DNA of 64,000 bases from an uncultured Alphaproteobacteria bacterium (GTDB taxonomy: Bacteria; Pseudomonadota; Alphaproteobacteria; Rhizobiales; Xanthobacteraceae): positions 114,595 through 178,594 of the forward strand of contig CAVVEA010000012.1 in the NCBI GenBank assembly GCA_963747165.1, in the 5' to 3' direction. A program made the position numbers and the translations under genes. The notes beneath the pieces are model-generated. The model was not told where the DNA came from. It saw nothing but the letters and a program-made list of their open reading frames with translations, and did no database searches. Shown in pieces: positions 39,563 to 49,549 of the stretch (positions within the stretch are counted from its first letter, which is position 1; each line of letters begins with the position of its first letter).

Positions 39563-40255
39563 TTATCTGATGAAGCCGAGCCGCTTCAGGACCGCGTCGG
39601 TCAGCCGTTCGCAGCGCTTGCCGGCGAATGGAAACGCTTCCATTACCACCGGGCCGATCTTCTTCTCGACATTGTCGCGCAGCATAGTGCGAGCGCGGTG
39701 TAGCCGCGTCTTCACAGTCTCAGGCTTCAAGCCAAGAATCTCGGCGGTTTCCTCGACATTCATGCCCTCGATGACGCGGGTCATGAAGACGATGCGGAAC
39801 GCCTCGGGCAATTCGTCGATCGCGTGCTCGACGACATGCTGGATTTCACGTTGTGCCATGGATTTTTCCGGATCGTCTGAGGCGGCCGCGTTGGGAAACG
39901 GGATGATCTGGGCTTCCAGCGTGCCCGGCGGTAGCGATGTCCATTCGATATTGGCGCGCTGGCGGCGCAGGCGTCCCAGGGCCTCGTTGATGGCGATCCG
40001 CCCCAGCCAGGTCGAGAGGCTCGAGTTGCCACGAAAACTCTCGAGATGCGTGAAAGCCCGCACATAGGTTTCCTGGACGACGTCCTCGGCTTCACCGTCA
40101 TTGCGCAGGATGCCGCGGGCAAGCCGGTAAAGCCTGCGATTATTCGTCTGCATGATGATGCGGATGGCCGCCTCGTCGCGGGCGCGGGCGCGCGCGACGA
40201 GCTCAGCGTCGCGATTCGCGACGGGAGCAATCTGTGGGGTTTGGGCGTGGCGCAT
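39563..40255 (-). CDS. ECF RNA polymerase sigma factor with short C-terminal extension (AFPFAGKRCE)
   Basis: Region 2 (EAEDVVQE.Y.RAF, TWL.RI..NEA) and region 4 (EETAEILGL.PETVKTRLHRAR); no adjacent anti-sigma gene. Confidence 0.9.
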   Translation of the reverse strand: MRHAQTPQIAPVANRDAELVARARARDEAAIRIIMQTNNRRLYRLARGILRNDGEAEDVVQETYVRAFTHLESFRGNSSLSTWLGRIAINEALGRLRRQRANIEWTSLPPGTLEAQIIPFPNAAASDDPEKSMAQREIQHVVEHAIDELPEAFRIVFMTRVIEGMNVEETAEILGLKPETVKTRLHRARTMLRDNVEKKIGPVVMEAFPFAGKRCERLTDAVLKRLGFIR

Positions 40256-40295
40256 GATTGGGCCGCTCGATCCGTTGACAGGTTACTGCTGACGG

Positions 40296-40324
40296 TTGGA
40301 TGCGGCAAAGCCAAATAGGTTCCC
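40296..40324 (-). promoter_or_regulatory. ECF-type autoregulatory promoter of the sigma gene
   Basis: Minus strand GGGAACC-N16-ATCCAA, about 40 nt upstream of the sigma ATG. Confidence 0.75.
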
Positions 40325-40416
40325 GCGCCCCCGGAAGCCGCTGAAATCGCTATCGGACTTCAGGCCCGCCGGCGGCGCATCGTAAACCTTAACGCGCGCC
40401 TCGGAGGTCCGGCGCG

Positions 40417-40767
40417 TTACCGTGCCGCGATCACCATGATCTCGACGCCGTATTGGGGCGCCGCCAGTCCCGCCTCGACGGTGGCGCGCGCAGGCGTATT
40501 TCCCGCCGAGACCCAGCCGTCCCACACCGCGTTCATCTCGGCGAAGTTCTTCATGTCGGTCAGGTAGATCGTGGCCGTCAACAGCTTCGATTTGTCGCTG
40601 CCTGCTTTGGCGAGATGGCCATCGATTATCGAGAGCACCTCCTGCGTCTGCTTGGCCACGCTTTCGCCGGCCGTGGTCTTGGCCACGACGCCGGCGAGAT
40701 AGATGGTGTCGCCATGGACGACGACCTGGCTCATGCGCGGCCCGGTCTCGAAACGCTGAATGGTCAT
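40417..40767 (-). CDS. RidA/YjgF-family protein
   Basis: RMSQVVVHG..IYLAG, MNAVWD.WV..G..PARATV, VEIMVIAA. Confidence 0.9.
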   Translation of the reverse strand: MTIQRFETGPRMSQVVVHGDTIYLAGVVAKTTAGESVAKQTQEVLSIIDGHLAKAGSDKSKLLTATIYLTDMKNFAEMNAVWDGWVSAGNTPARATVEAGLAAPQYGVEIMVIAAR

Positions 40768-40859
40768 ACGGCTCTCCAAATTTGTGCGGCCGGTTCTAGC
40801 GCGCCGGTGCGTCATCCGCCACTGCGTTCTCGCAACGGCCCGATCGGTCGCTCGCGAGC

Positions 40860-42515
40860 TTAGCTGGCTTTTGCTGCGGCGCGCCCGGCATTGCGGCCGG
40901 AAAACAGGCAGCCGCCGAGAAAAGTCCCTTCCAGCGACCGGTAGCCGTGCATGCCGCCGCCGCCGAAGCCGGCCGCTTCGCCTGCGGCGTAGAGTCCCGA
41001 AATGATGTTGCCGTCGCTGCCGAACACGCGGGAGTCGAGGTCGGTCTCGAAGCCGCCCAGCGTCTTGCGGGTCAGGATATTGAGTTTCACGGCGATCAAC
41101 GGGCCATGCGCGGGATCCAGAATGCGGTGCGGCTTGGCGGTGCGGATCAACCGGTCGCCGACATATTTGCGCGCATTGTGGATGTTCATCACCTGCGCAT
41201 CCTTGACGTAAGGATTTTTGATCTCGCGGTCGCGCGCCTCGATCTGGGCCCTGATGTGTTCAAGGTTCAGCAGGTTATCGCCGCTCAGCGCGTTCATGCC
41301 ACTGACGAGATCGGGCAGATTATCGCGCACGATGAAATCGGCGCCGTGGGTCTTGAATGCTTCCACCGGCGCGGGCGCGCCCTTGTTGGTGGCGCGCCGC
41401 GCGGTCATCAGCCAGCTTTTGCCGGTGAGGTCGGGATTCTGCTCCGAACCCGACAACGCGAATTCCTTCTTGATGATGCTCTGGGTCAGCACGAACCACG
41501 AGTAGTCGTAACCCGTGCCCATGATGTAGTGCAGTTGCCCGAGCGTGTCGGAACCCGGAAACAGCGGCGAGGGCAGGCGCTTGCCCGACGCGTCAAACCA
41601 CATCGAGGACGGTCCGGGCAGGATGCGGATGCCGTGGCGCGGCCAGATCGGGTTCCAGTTCCTGATGCCCTCGACATAGTGCCACATCCGGTCGCGGTTG
41701 ATCAGCCGCGCGCCGGCGGCCTCGGTGATGCCGATCATGCGTCCGTCGACATGTTCGGGCACGCCGGAGATCATGTTTTTTGGCGCATCGCCAAGGCGTT
41801 TCGGCCAGTTCTGCCGCACCAGGTCATGATTGCCGCCGATGCCGCCGGAGGCGACGATCACGGCCTGCGCGCGCAGCGTGAAGTCGCCGATGATTTGGCG
41901 CGAGCTGCTTTTTCCGCGCTCGACGTTATCGGCTGCGAGAATCGCGCCGCTGACGCCGTCGACCGTGCCATTGGTGATCGAGAGCGCATCGACGCGGTGG
42001 CGGAACCTGAATGTCAGCCGGCCGCGCGCCTGCGCCTCGCGCGCCCGCCGCTCGAATGGCTCGACAATGCCGGGACCGGTGCCCCAGCTGACATGAAACC
42101 GCGGCACCGAATTGCCGTGGCCCATCGCGTCATAGCCGCCGCGCTCGGCCCAACCGACGATGGGAAATATCCGATGGCCCATCGCCCGCAGCCAGCCGCG
42201 TTTTTCGCCCGCGGCGAACGCCACATAGGCTTCCGCCCATCGTTTTGGCCAGAGATCCTCGTCGCGGTCGAAACCGGCCGAACCGATCCAGTCCTGCAGC
42301 GCCAGATCGTAGCTGTCCTTGATACCAAGCCGGCGCTGTTCAGGGCTATCCACCAGGAACAACCCGCCGAACGACCAGAAGGCTTGACCGCCAAGGCTCT
42401 GTTCGCCTTCCTGGTCGACGACGATGACGCGCTTGCCGGCGTCGGTAATTTCTGCAGCGGCGACAAGGCCTGCCAGTCCGGCGCCGACCACGATTACATC
42501 TGCATCGTTAACCAT
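40860..42515 (-). CDS. FAD-binding dehydrogenase (succinate dehydrogenase/3-ketosteroid dehydrogenase-like)
   Basis: VIVVGAGLAGL, LGGQAFWSFGG, RFHVSWGTG, TRKTLGG, LYAAGE, GTFLGGC. Start is 42515 or 42524. Confidence 0.85.
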   Translation of the reverse strand: MVNDADVIVVGAGLAGLVAAAEITDAGKRVIVVDQEGEQSLGGQAFWSFGGLFLVDSPEQRRLGIKDSYDLALQDWIGSAGFDRDEDLWPKRWAEAYVAFAAGEKRGWLRAMGHRIFPIVGWAERGGYDAMGHGNSVPRFHVSWGTGPGIVEPFERRAREAQARGRLTFRFRHRVDALSITNGTVDGVSGAILAADNVERGKSSSRQIIGDFTLRAQAVIVASGGIGGNHDLVRQNWPKRLGDAPKNMISGVPEHVDGRMIGITEAAGARLINRDRMWHYVEGIRNWNPIWPRHGIRILPGPSSMWFDASGKRLPSPLFPGSDTLGQLHYIMGTGYDYSWFVLTQSIIKKEFALSGSEQNPDLTGKSWLMTARRATNKGAPAPVEAFKTHGADFIVRDNLPDLVSGMNALSGDNLLNLEHIRAQIEARDREIKNPYVKDAQVMNIHNARKYVGDRLIRTAKPHRILDPAHGPLIAVKLNILTRKTLGGFETDLDSRVFGSDGNIISGLYAAGEAAGFGGGGMHGYRSLEGTFLGGCLFSGRNAGRAAAKAS

Positions 42516-42829
42516 TGTCGTCATCTCCCAACCCCGCACAGATTGAAACGCGCGGTTTGAAGCGCGGTCAACGACAAATGGTTCTTGCGTGTGGCATGTT
42601 TGTGCCTTGGCTGTGACATCGTAACCTAGGGTTGTTCCGGTTTGGGACCTTTCGGGTTCGCAAGTGCAGCCGGCTTGCAACACTCGATTTGAATTTGTTT
42701 TGGATGGCCCTCCGCGTCTGGACAAAATCCCGCTCTCGCAACACGCTGGTGATGCATCACGGCGGTCTCGGATCGCTTTACGAAAAAGACATCAAATTCG
42801 GGTTCGACTGGTTTGAACTGGGGCCGGCC

Positions 42830-43373
42830 ATGAAGTTCGTGACAGGGTTGCTCGCGGCGGTTCTCCTGCTGGCGGGAGTAGGGGCCAGCCACGCGGTGGT
42901 CAGGATTGCCGAGGATCGCGGTGGCCGGATCGGCACCTATGTCGACAAATATCAGGGCCTGCGCACGTCGGGCGAGATGGTCATTATCGACGGCCTGTGC
43001 GCATCGGCGTGCACCATCGTGCTGGGTGCCATTCCTCACGACCGAAATCTGCGTGACGTCTCACGCCAATCTCGGTTTTCACGCGGCATGGGATTTCGGC
43101 GCCAATGGCCGCGCCGTAACCAATCCGGAAGCCACCCAGATGCTGTACTCGATGTACCCCTCGCCGGTGCGGCGCTGGATCTCGCAGCGCGGCGGCCTGA
43201 CGCCGCACATGATTTTCCTGCGCGGCAAGCAACTGACAAACCTGTACAAGCCCTGCTACCTCGATGCCCAGGCGTCCACGCCGCGCAGCCCGTCGTCGCG
43301 CCGCGACCGCGATCTGCATCAGAATGACGTGATCACGCCCGACCCCGCGGCGCTTGCCCGGCAGCCCGACTAG
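42830..43373 (+). pseudogene. Secreted Clp/crotonase-fold-like hypothetical protein with a +1 frameshift at about 43045-43047
   Basis: MKFVTG...DRGGRIG...DGLCASACTIVLGAIPHD continues in another frame as ICVTSHANLGFHAAW...; one extra A in GACCGAAATCTGC. Confidence 0.75.
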
Positions 43374-43445
43374 CCCTATCTGAACGTCACAGCCATGCGA
43401 ACGGCGGCAACGCCGATCGCTGGTCGGTTCGTCAGATGGTCGCGG

Positions 43446-43637
43446 ATGGCTCAGCCGGTTTCCACGCAACAAAAGGTACCCGTCCTGCCCTCCTCCCGGG
43501 GGCTTGCGCGGCTGATTGTGGCGGGGGCCGCAGGTCTGGGCGCGGCGGCCCTCTTGGGCGCGCTGGCACTGTGGTTTCACTATGGGACCGCGGTCTTCTT
43601 CGAGATGATCGCATCGGGCGTCGCCGCCTGCTTCTGA
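43446..43637 (+). CDS. Small single-pass membrane protein upstream of SCO
   Basis: 63 aa, hydrophobic core, ends FFEMIASGVAACF. Confidence 0.6.
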   Translation: MAQPVSTQQKVPVLPSSRGLARLIVAGAAGLGAAALLGALALWFHYGTAVFFEMIASGVAACF

Positions 43638-43658
43638 TCCAACGGTATAAGGAATTTC

Positions 43659-44252
43659 ATGATGGATCGGACCACCCGCCCGCTGGTGATCATCGCAGCA
43701 TTCGCCGGAAGCCTGGTGGTTGGGCTGGTATTGATGCTGTGGGCACTCGGCGGACTAAAAGGCGCGACGGCGCCTGCAGCGATCGGGGGACCGTTCCAGC
43801 TGACCGATCAGGCCGGTCAGACCGTGACCGAAAAGAGCCTGCAGGGTCGCCCGACCCTGATCTTCTTCGGCTTCACCCACTGTCCCGACGTCTGTCCGAC
43901 CTCGCTGTTCGAGATTTCCGAGGTGCTGAAGGCGATGGGCGGGGATGCCGATCGCGTTAACGCCTATTTCATTTCGGTTGATCCTGAACGCGACACCAAT
44001 GCGGCGATGAAGGATTATCTGTCGAGCTTCGATCCGCATCTGAAGGGCCTCACCGGCGATCCCGAGGCGACCGCGAAAGCGCTTTCCGGCTTCCGCGTCT
44101 ATGCCCGAAAGGTTCCGCTCAAGGATGGCGACTACACCATGGACCACACCGCGCTGATCTATTTGATGGATCGCGACGGCCACTTTGTCTCGCCGTTCAA
44201 CCTCAAGCGCACGCCCGAGGAGGCCGCGGCCGATTTGAAGCGGTATCTCTGA
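43659..44252 (+). CDS. SCO1/SenC copper chaperone
   Basis: IGGPFQLTDQ, FFGFTHCPDVCP, ISVDPERD, YTMDHT. Confidence 0.92.
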   Translation: MMDRTTRPLVIIAAFAGSLVVGLVLMLWALGGLKGATAPAAIGGPFQLTDQAGQTVTEKSLQGRPTLIFFGFTHCPDVCPTSLFEISEVLKAMGGDADRVNAYFISVDPERDTNAAMKDYLSSFDPHLKGLTGDPEATAKALSGFRVYARKVPLKDGDYTMDHTALIYLMDRDGHFVSPFNLKRTPEEAAADLKRYL

Positions 44253-44343
44253 GCCGGATGCCAGGTTTGCCGGGGTCCAAACGGCGTTCGCGTTATCGGC
44301 CGGATGGTCTATAAGGCCGTCGACCTCCGGAAACCCGTCGGCG

Positions 44344-45273
44344 ATGCCATCTAAAATAGCTGCATTTTCACGAAGATTTCTTGCCGCCGCGAAAAACGCG
44401 GGATTGCCGGCCGACGCCTTGTTGGTGGTGGCGGTGCTTGGCACGGTTCTGCCAGATTGCGGCACGGCGTACGCCCAGACCCTGCCAAAACCCGCCCCGG
44501 AGGCGGCGCCGCAGGCGGTGCCCGGCTTCTGGGACCCGCGGCGGCGGCCGGACCGGCCCGATCTGTCCCGCCTCACGGTGATCCGGTTTCTGACCGAGAC
44601 CGATTATCCGCCGTTCAATTTCACCGGCCCCGACGGCAATCCGGCCGGCTTCAACGTCGATCTGGCGCGGCAATTGTGTGACGAGATCAAGGTCACCTGC
44701 ACCATCCAGATGCGGCGGTTCGAGACCCTGCTCGATGCCATCACGAGCAACCGCGGCGATGCCATCATCGCCTCGCTGGCGGTAACGCCGCAATTGCGCG
44801 CCCGCGTCGATTTCACCGATCCGTATTACCGGGCCCCGGCGCGGTTCGTGTCGCGGCGCGACGCCGTGATGCCGGAGGTTCGCCCGGAATATCTCGAGGG
44901 CAAGAAAGTCGGCGCCATCGCCGGCTCCTCTCACGAGGCGTATCTGAAGGCGATGTTCACCGATGCCGAATTGCATTCCTATCCCAATGACGACGCGCTG
45001 CGGCTGGCGCTGCGGCGCGGCGAGGTCGATTTCATTTTCGGCGACGCCATCTCGCTGGCGTTCTGGATCAACGGCACCGATTCCGGCGAATGCTGCGCGT
45101 TCTCGGGCGGGCCATTTGTCGAGAGCCGCTATTTCGGCGAGGGCATCGGCATCGCCGTGCGCAAGGGCAACGACCTGCTGCGGCAATCGCTGAACTGGGC
45201 GCTGTTCCGGGTCTGGGAGAAAGGCCGCTACACGGATTTGTGGCTGCGGTATTTTTCCGTGAGCCCGTTTTAG
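44344..45273 (+). CDS. Polar amino-acid ABC transporter substrate-binding protein (family 3); start uncertain
   Basis: DYPPFNF, GFNVDLA..LC, VDFTDPYY, FGEGIGIAVRKG. Confidence 0.82.
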   Translation: MPSKIAAFSRRFLAAAKNAGLPADALLVVAVLGTVLPDCGTAYAQTLPKPAPEAAPQAVPGFWDPRRRPDRPDLSRLTVIRFLTETDYPPFNFTGPDGNPAGFNVDLARQLCDEIKVTCTIQMRRFETLLDAITSNRGDAIIASLAVTPQLRARVDFTDPYYRAPARFVSRRDAVMPEVRPEYLEGKKVGAIAGSSHEAYLKAMFTDAELHSYPNDDALRLALRRGEVDFIFGDAISLAFWINGTDSGECCAFSGGPFVESRYFGEGIGIAVRKGNDLLRQSLNWALFRVWEKGRYTDLWLRYFSVSPF

Positions 45274-45293
45274 GTCCGGAACGCTTCACCTCT

Positions 45294-45375
45294 CGTCATT
45301 GCGAGGAGCGACGCGACGAAGCAATCCAGTCTTGCTTTGTTGCCTGTGGATTGCTTCGCTCCGCTCGCAATGACG
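45294..45375. repeat. REPIN of CGTC-ATTGCG type
   Basis: CGTC-ATTGCGAGGAGCGACGCGACGAAGCAAT-CCA ... TGG-ATTGCTTCGCTCCGCTCGCAAT-GACG. Confidence 0.85.
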
Positions 45376-45421
45376 GCTATATTATGAACAGGCCAGCTTG
45401 CTGGCTCCCCGGAGACCCCTG

Positions 45422-47062
45422 ATGTCCACGATCGATCTTGCCGCCAGCCCGAGCGATTTGCGCACGCTCGCCGAACAATCCAACGCCTGGCCGTTCGAAC
45501 AGGCGAAAGCGATCGTGGCGCGGCTGAAGAAGAAATCAAAGGACGAGGTGCTGTTTTCGACCGGCTATGGCCCGTCCGGCCTGCCGCATATCGGAACCTT
45601 CGGCGAGGTCGCGCGCACCACCATGGTCCGCCACGCCTTTCGCGTGCTCACCGAGGACAAGATCAAGACCCGGCTGATTGCCTTCTCCGACGATATGGAC
45701 GGTTTCCGCAAGGTGCCGGACAATCTGCCGAACAAGGAGATGCTGGAAGCCCATCTCGGCCAGCCGCTGACGCGCGTGCCCGATCCGTTCGGCACCCATC
45801 CGAGCCTCGGCGCGCACAACAATGCCCGGCTGCGCGCGTTTCTCGACACGTTCGGCTTCGACTACGAGTTCGCCAGTTCGACCGATTACTACACTTCTGG
45901 AAAATTCGACGCGACGCTCCTCCTGGTGCTGGAACGCATCGAAAAGGTGATGGCGGTGATGCTGCCGTCGCTGCGCGAGGAACGCGCGGCGAGCTATTCG
46001 CCGTTCCTGCCGATCTGCCCGCGCACTGGCGTGGTGCTGTATGTCCCGATCGTCGCGCACGATGTGAAGGCCGGCACGATCGCCTATGACGACCCCGAGA
46101 CCAAAGAGCGCATGACGCTTCCGGTCACCGGTGGCCATTGCAAATTGCAGTGGAAGCCGGACTGGGCGATGCGCTGGGTCGCGCTCGGCGTCGACTACGA
46201 GATGGCCGGCAAGGACCTGATCGATTCGGTCAAGCTGTCCGGAAAGATCTGTTCGGCGCTCGGCGGCCTGCCGCCCGAAGGGTTCAACTACGAACTGTTC
46301 CTCGACGACAAGGGCCAGAAGATTTCCAAGTCGAAGGGCAATGGGCTTACCATCGACGAATGGCTGCGCTACGCCTCGCCGGAATTGCTGTCGCTGTTCA
46401 TGTATCGCGAGCCGAAGTCGGCGAAGCGTTTGTACTTCGACGTGATCCCGCGCAATGTCGACGACTACCAGCAGTTCCTCGAAGGGTTTGCGCGGCAGGA
46501 CGCCAAGCAGCAATTGGCCAATCCGGTCTGGCATATCCATGCCGGTCATCCACCCGCGGCCGACATGCCCGTGACGTTCCAGTTGCTGCTGACGCTGGTG
46601 TCGTCATCGAACGCGGAAAATGCCGCGACGCTGTGGGGCTTCATCGGCCGCTATCGCCCCGGCGTGACACCGCAGACCCATCCGAAGCTGGATGCCATGG
46701 TCGGCTACGCCATCAATTATTATCGCGACTTCGTGGCGCCGACAAAACAGTTTCGCGAGCCGACCGACAGCGAGCGCGTGGCGCTGCAGGACTTGCGCGA
46801 TGCGCTGTCGCAATTGCCGGCGACGTCATCGGCCGAGGACATCCAGAACGTGGTCTATGAGATCGGCCGGCGCGAACCGTTCCTCGATCCCGTCAAGAAG
46901 GGCAAGGACGGGCGGCCCGGCGTCTCGCTCGACTGGTTCAACATGCTCTATCAGGTGCTGCTCGGTCAGGAAAAAGGCCCGCGCTTCGGCTCGTTCGTCG
47001 CGGTCTATGGGCTCGCGAACGCCGTCACCATGATCGACGGCGCGCTGGCGCGGTCGGCGTAG
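45422..47062 (+). CDS. lysS: Lysine--tRNA ligase, class I
   Basis: [16 protein letters not shown] (HIGH-like), [36 protein letters not shown]. Confidence 0.93.
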   Translation: MSTIDLAASPSDLRTLAEQSNAWPFEQAKAIVARLKKKSKDEVLFSTGYGPSGLPHIGTFGEVARTTMVRHAFRVLTEDKIKTRLIAFSDDMDGFRKVPDNLPNKEMLEAHLGQPLTRVPDPFGTHPSLGAHNNARLRAFLDTFGFDYEFASSTDYYTSGKFDATLLLVLERIEKVMAVMLPSLREERAASYSPFLPICPRTGVVLYVPIVAHDVKAGTIAYDDPETKERMTLPVTGGHCKLQWKPDWAMRWVALGVDYEMAGKDLIDSVKLSGKICSALGGLPPEGFNYELFLDDKGQKISKSKGNGLTIDEWLRYASPELLSLFMYREPKSAKRLYFDVIPRNVDDYQQFLEGFARQDAKQQLANPVWHIHAGHPPAADMPVTFQLLLTLVSSSNAENAATLWGFIGRYRPGVTPQTHPKLDAMVGYAINYYRDFVAPTKQFREPTDSERVALQDLRDALSQLPATSSAEDIQNVVYEIGRREPFLDPVKKGKDGRPGVSLDWFNMLYQVLLGQEKGPRFGSFVAVYGLANAVTMIDGALARSA

Positions 47063-47069
47063 CTCTGTC

Positions 47070-47199
47070 CGTCGTCCCTGCGAAAGCAGGGACCCATAGC
47101 CACCGGCGTTAGTTGTTTCGACGGGCGTCTGCCACATCGCGAACAATGCAGACCTCGCGGTATCGGTCCCGGCTCGCGCTTCGCTTGGCCGGGACGACA
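47070..47199. repeat. REPIN (CGTC-GTCCC type), sister of 48183-48314
   Basis: CGTC-GTCCCTGCGAAAGCAGGGAC-CCATAGCCACCGGCGTTAGTTGTTT...GGTCCCGGCTCGCGCTTCGCTTGGCCGGGACGAC. Confidence 0.8.
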
Positions 47200-47360
47200 C
47201 CGGAAATGAAGTCCAGCACGACACCGCGCGAGGTGACGCGACAAATCGAGATGGCAGGCCCGCGGCAATTTCAGCCGATGCCGTGCCAAACTACGCTATA
47301 AGGTCTGGTGCAAGAACGATCCAAGCCTCCGTCGAGGGGCAGGCAACGCAGGAGGATAGC

Positions 47361-48143
47361 ATGCAGTTCAGGGTTTCGCCGAAGACGCTTGAAGATTGCA
47401 GCGCCGAGCAATGGCAGGCGCGGGTCGATCTCGCGGCTGCGCATCGGCTGGCCTACATGCACGGTTTCAGCGAAGGCATCTTCAACCATTTGACCCTCGT
47501 GGTGCCCGGCCAGAGCGACCGCTACTACCAGATTCCGTTCGGGACGCACTGGTCCGAGGTGACGGCGTCTTCTTTCATGGAAGTCGGCATCGACGACGGC
47601 CTGGTCAAGCGCGGCGCCGGTGAGGTGGAACGCTCCTGCTATTGCATCCATGCGCCCATCCACAAGGCGTTGCCGCAGGCCAAGGCGGTGTTTCATACCC
47701 ACATGCCCTATGCGAGCGCGCTGACGCGGCTCGAAGATCCGCGCATCAAGGAGATCGGCCAGACCGAGGTCGGGCTTTCCGGGGCCATTGCCTATGACGA
47801 CGAATACACCGGCCCGGCGCTTGATCCCACCGAAGGCGCCCGGCTCGCCAGGGTGATCGGCGACAAGACGGTGCTGTTCATGGCCAATCACGGCATCTCC
47901 ACCGTCGGCGCGACCATCGCCGACGCCTATGACAAACTCTATTATGTCGAGCGCGCCGCGCAGGTTCAGATTTACGCGATGTGGACCGGGCAACCGCTGA
48001 AGCAACTTCCCGCGCCCGTGGTGGAGAAGACCAGGCGCGACTTCATGGACGATCATTTGTACAAGGGCCCAACTCCGTCGCAGCGGCACTTCGATGCCTT
48101 GAAGCGCATTCTCGACCGCAAGGAGCCGGACTACGCATCGTAG
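47361..48143 (+). CDS. Class II aldolase/adducin-family protein
   Basis: RVDLAAAHRL, EGIFNHLT, IHAPIH, FHTHMPYA, FMANHG; GGAGG RBS. Confidence 0.9.
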   Translation: MQFRVSPKTLEDCSAEQWQARVDLAAAHRLAYMHGFSEGIFNHLTLVVPGQSDRYYQIPFGTHWSEVTASSFMEVGIDDGLVKRGAGEVERSCYCIHAPIHKALPQAKAVFHTHMPYASALTRLEDPRIKEIGQTEVGLSGAIAYDDEYTGPALDPTEGARLARVIGDKTVLFMANHGISTVGATIADAYDKLYYVERAAQVQIYAMWTGQPLKQLPAPVVEKTRRDFMDDHLYKGPTPSQRHFDALKRILDRKEPDYAS

Positions 48144-48182
48144 GTAGCAACTGGTAATCGCCGTCCCTGCGAAATTCGTTAT

Positions 48183-48314
48183 CGTCGTCCCGGCGAAGGC
48201 CGGGACCCATAGCCGCCGGCGTTAGTTGTTTGCGGAAGGGCAGTTGCCACGGTGCCACATCGAGAGGTCACGGCGTATGGGTCCCGGATCGCGCTTCGCT
48301 TGTCCGGTACGACG
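48183..48314. repeat. REPIN (CGTC-GTCCC type), sister of 47070-47199
   Basis: CGTC-GTCCCGGCGAAGGCCGGGAC-CCATAGCCGCCGGCGTTAGTTGTTT...GGTCCCGGATCGCGCTTCGCTTGTCCGGTACGACG. Confidence 0.8.
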
Positions 48315-48331
48315 CCGAGAGAGGTGGGCAC

Positions 48332-48985
48332 CTACTGGCTCGCCCAGACAATCCTTGCGATCCACTCCACCTCCGCCGCCGTCAACGTACGATCGACATG
48401 GTTCGGATTGAGCGATTGCAGTTCCAGCGTCTTCGCGGTCCGGCGTTTCATTTCCTTCACCATCACTTCGCCATCGGTGGTTTTCACCACCACGCGGTCG
48501 CCGCGCCGGATCGGCGTGCCCGGCGACACCACGATGATGTCGCCATCGCGATAGACGGGCTTCATCTGGTCGCCGGAGATTTCCAGGGCATAGGCGTGCT
48601 CGTCATTAACCGATGGCAGGCCGACCTCATCCCAGCCCTTGCCGGTCGGTAATCCGCCCCTGTCGAAATTACCGCTCGCTCCGGCCTGCGCGAAACCGAG
48701 CAGCGGCACCGACTGAACGCTCCGCGTGCTGTCGCCGATCAGCTGCACGAAGGTGTCGATGGAACTGTCGGTCGCGGCGAGCGCCTTCGACACCGATTCG
48801 GTCGAGGGCCATCGCTCGCGTCCGTCGGCGGTGACGCGTTTGGATTTGTTGAACGTAGTGGGATCGAGCCCGGCGCGTTTGGCGAGCCCCGAGGGTGACA
48901 GGCCGGCGCGCCCGGCCAGCCGGTCCAGCGCGGTCCATATCTGGTCGTGGGTCAACGGGCGCGGTGCTCTGGGACTTTTGGCCAT
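48332..48985 (-). CDS. HTH transcriptional regulator with S24 (LexA/CI-like) C-terminal domain
   Basis: IW.ALDRLA...GLSPSGLAKRAGLDPTTFNKSKR; AQAG cleavage-site-like motif; ISGDQM..VY.DGD; MVK. Confidence 0.85.
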   Translation of the reverse strand: MAKSPRAPRPLTHDQIWTALDRLAGRAGLSPSGLAKRAGLDPTTFNKSKRVTADGRERWPSTESVSKALAATDSSIDTFVQLIGDSTRSVQSVPLLGFAQAGASGNFDRGGLPTGKGWDEVGLPSVNDEHAYALEISGDQMKPVYRDGDIIVVSPGTPIRRGDRVVVKTTDGEVMVKEMKRRTAKTLELQSLNPNHVDRTLTAAEVEWIARIVWASQ

Positions 48986-49210
48986 GGCGGTGTGAGAGCC
49001 TAGGAATTATTACCTTAATCAAACCGGTTTCCATCGTCCGGCGCAAGGGGCCGGCGACGGCCTGCAGGCAGGCGAATGCAACCCTTGAAGTGCGGCATTG
49101 CCGTCGATACGGTCGCGCAACCGGCCGAGAATGTCCGGGAACTCCCAAACAAACCTTCCAAGAGTCTCCGAAAGACTCCAGCGATCATCAGGACTACCCG
49201 GCACGTGCGC

Positions 49211-49549
49211 ATGATCTACAAAATCTGTCCGGCTTCGGCCTGGCGCGAGGCCGAGCGGCAGGGCGTTTACCGGGGCAGCGCCGACGACATCCGCGACGGC
49301 TTCATTCATTTCTCCGTCGCTTCGCAGGTCGCGGAAACCGCAAGGAAGCATTATTCCGGCCAGACCGGCCTGTTCCTGATCGCGGTCGACGCCGATGCGT
49401 TGGGCAATGCCTTGAGGTGGGAGCGCTCGCGCAACGACGAATTGTTCCCGCATCTCTACGGCGACCTCGATCTCGGCGCGGTGACCGGCGTGCTCGACAT
49501 GCGCGCGCGGTCCGATGGCACGCACGATATTCCGGAGCTGAAACCGTGA
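49211..49549 (+). CDS. DUF952-family protein
   Basis: IYKI.....W......G...GS.DD..DGFIHFS, WE.SR..ELFPHLYG.L; its stop overlaps the pyrD start. Confidence 0.85.
   Translation: MIYKICPASAWREAERQGVYRGSADDIRDGFIHFSVASQVAETARKHYSGQTGLFLIAVDADALGNALRWERSRNDELFPHLYGDLDLGAVTGVLDMRARSDGTHDIPELKP

Noticed and set aside
48332-48985. The SOS repressor lexA or a prophage immunity region
   Set aside because: The N-terminal HTH is not LexA-like, the catalytic Ser appears replaced, and there are no flanking phage genes.
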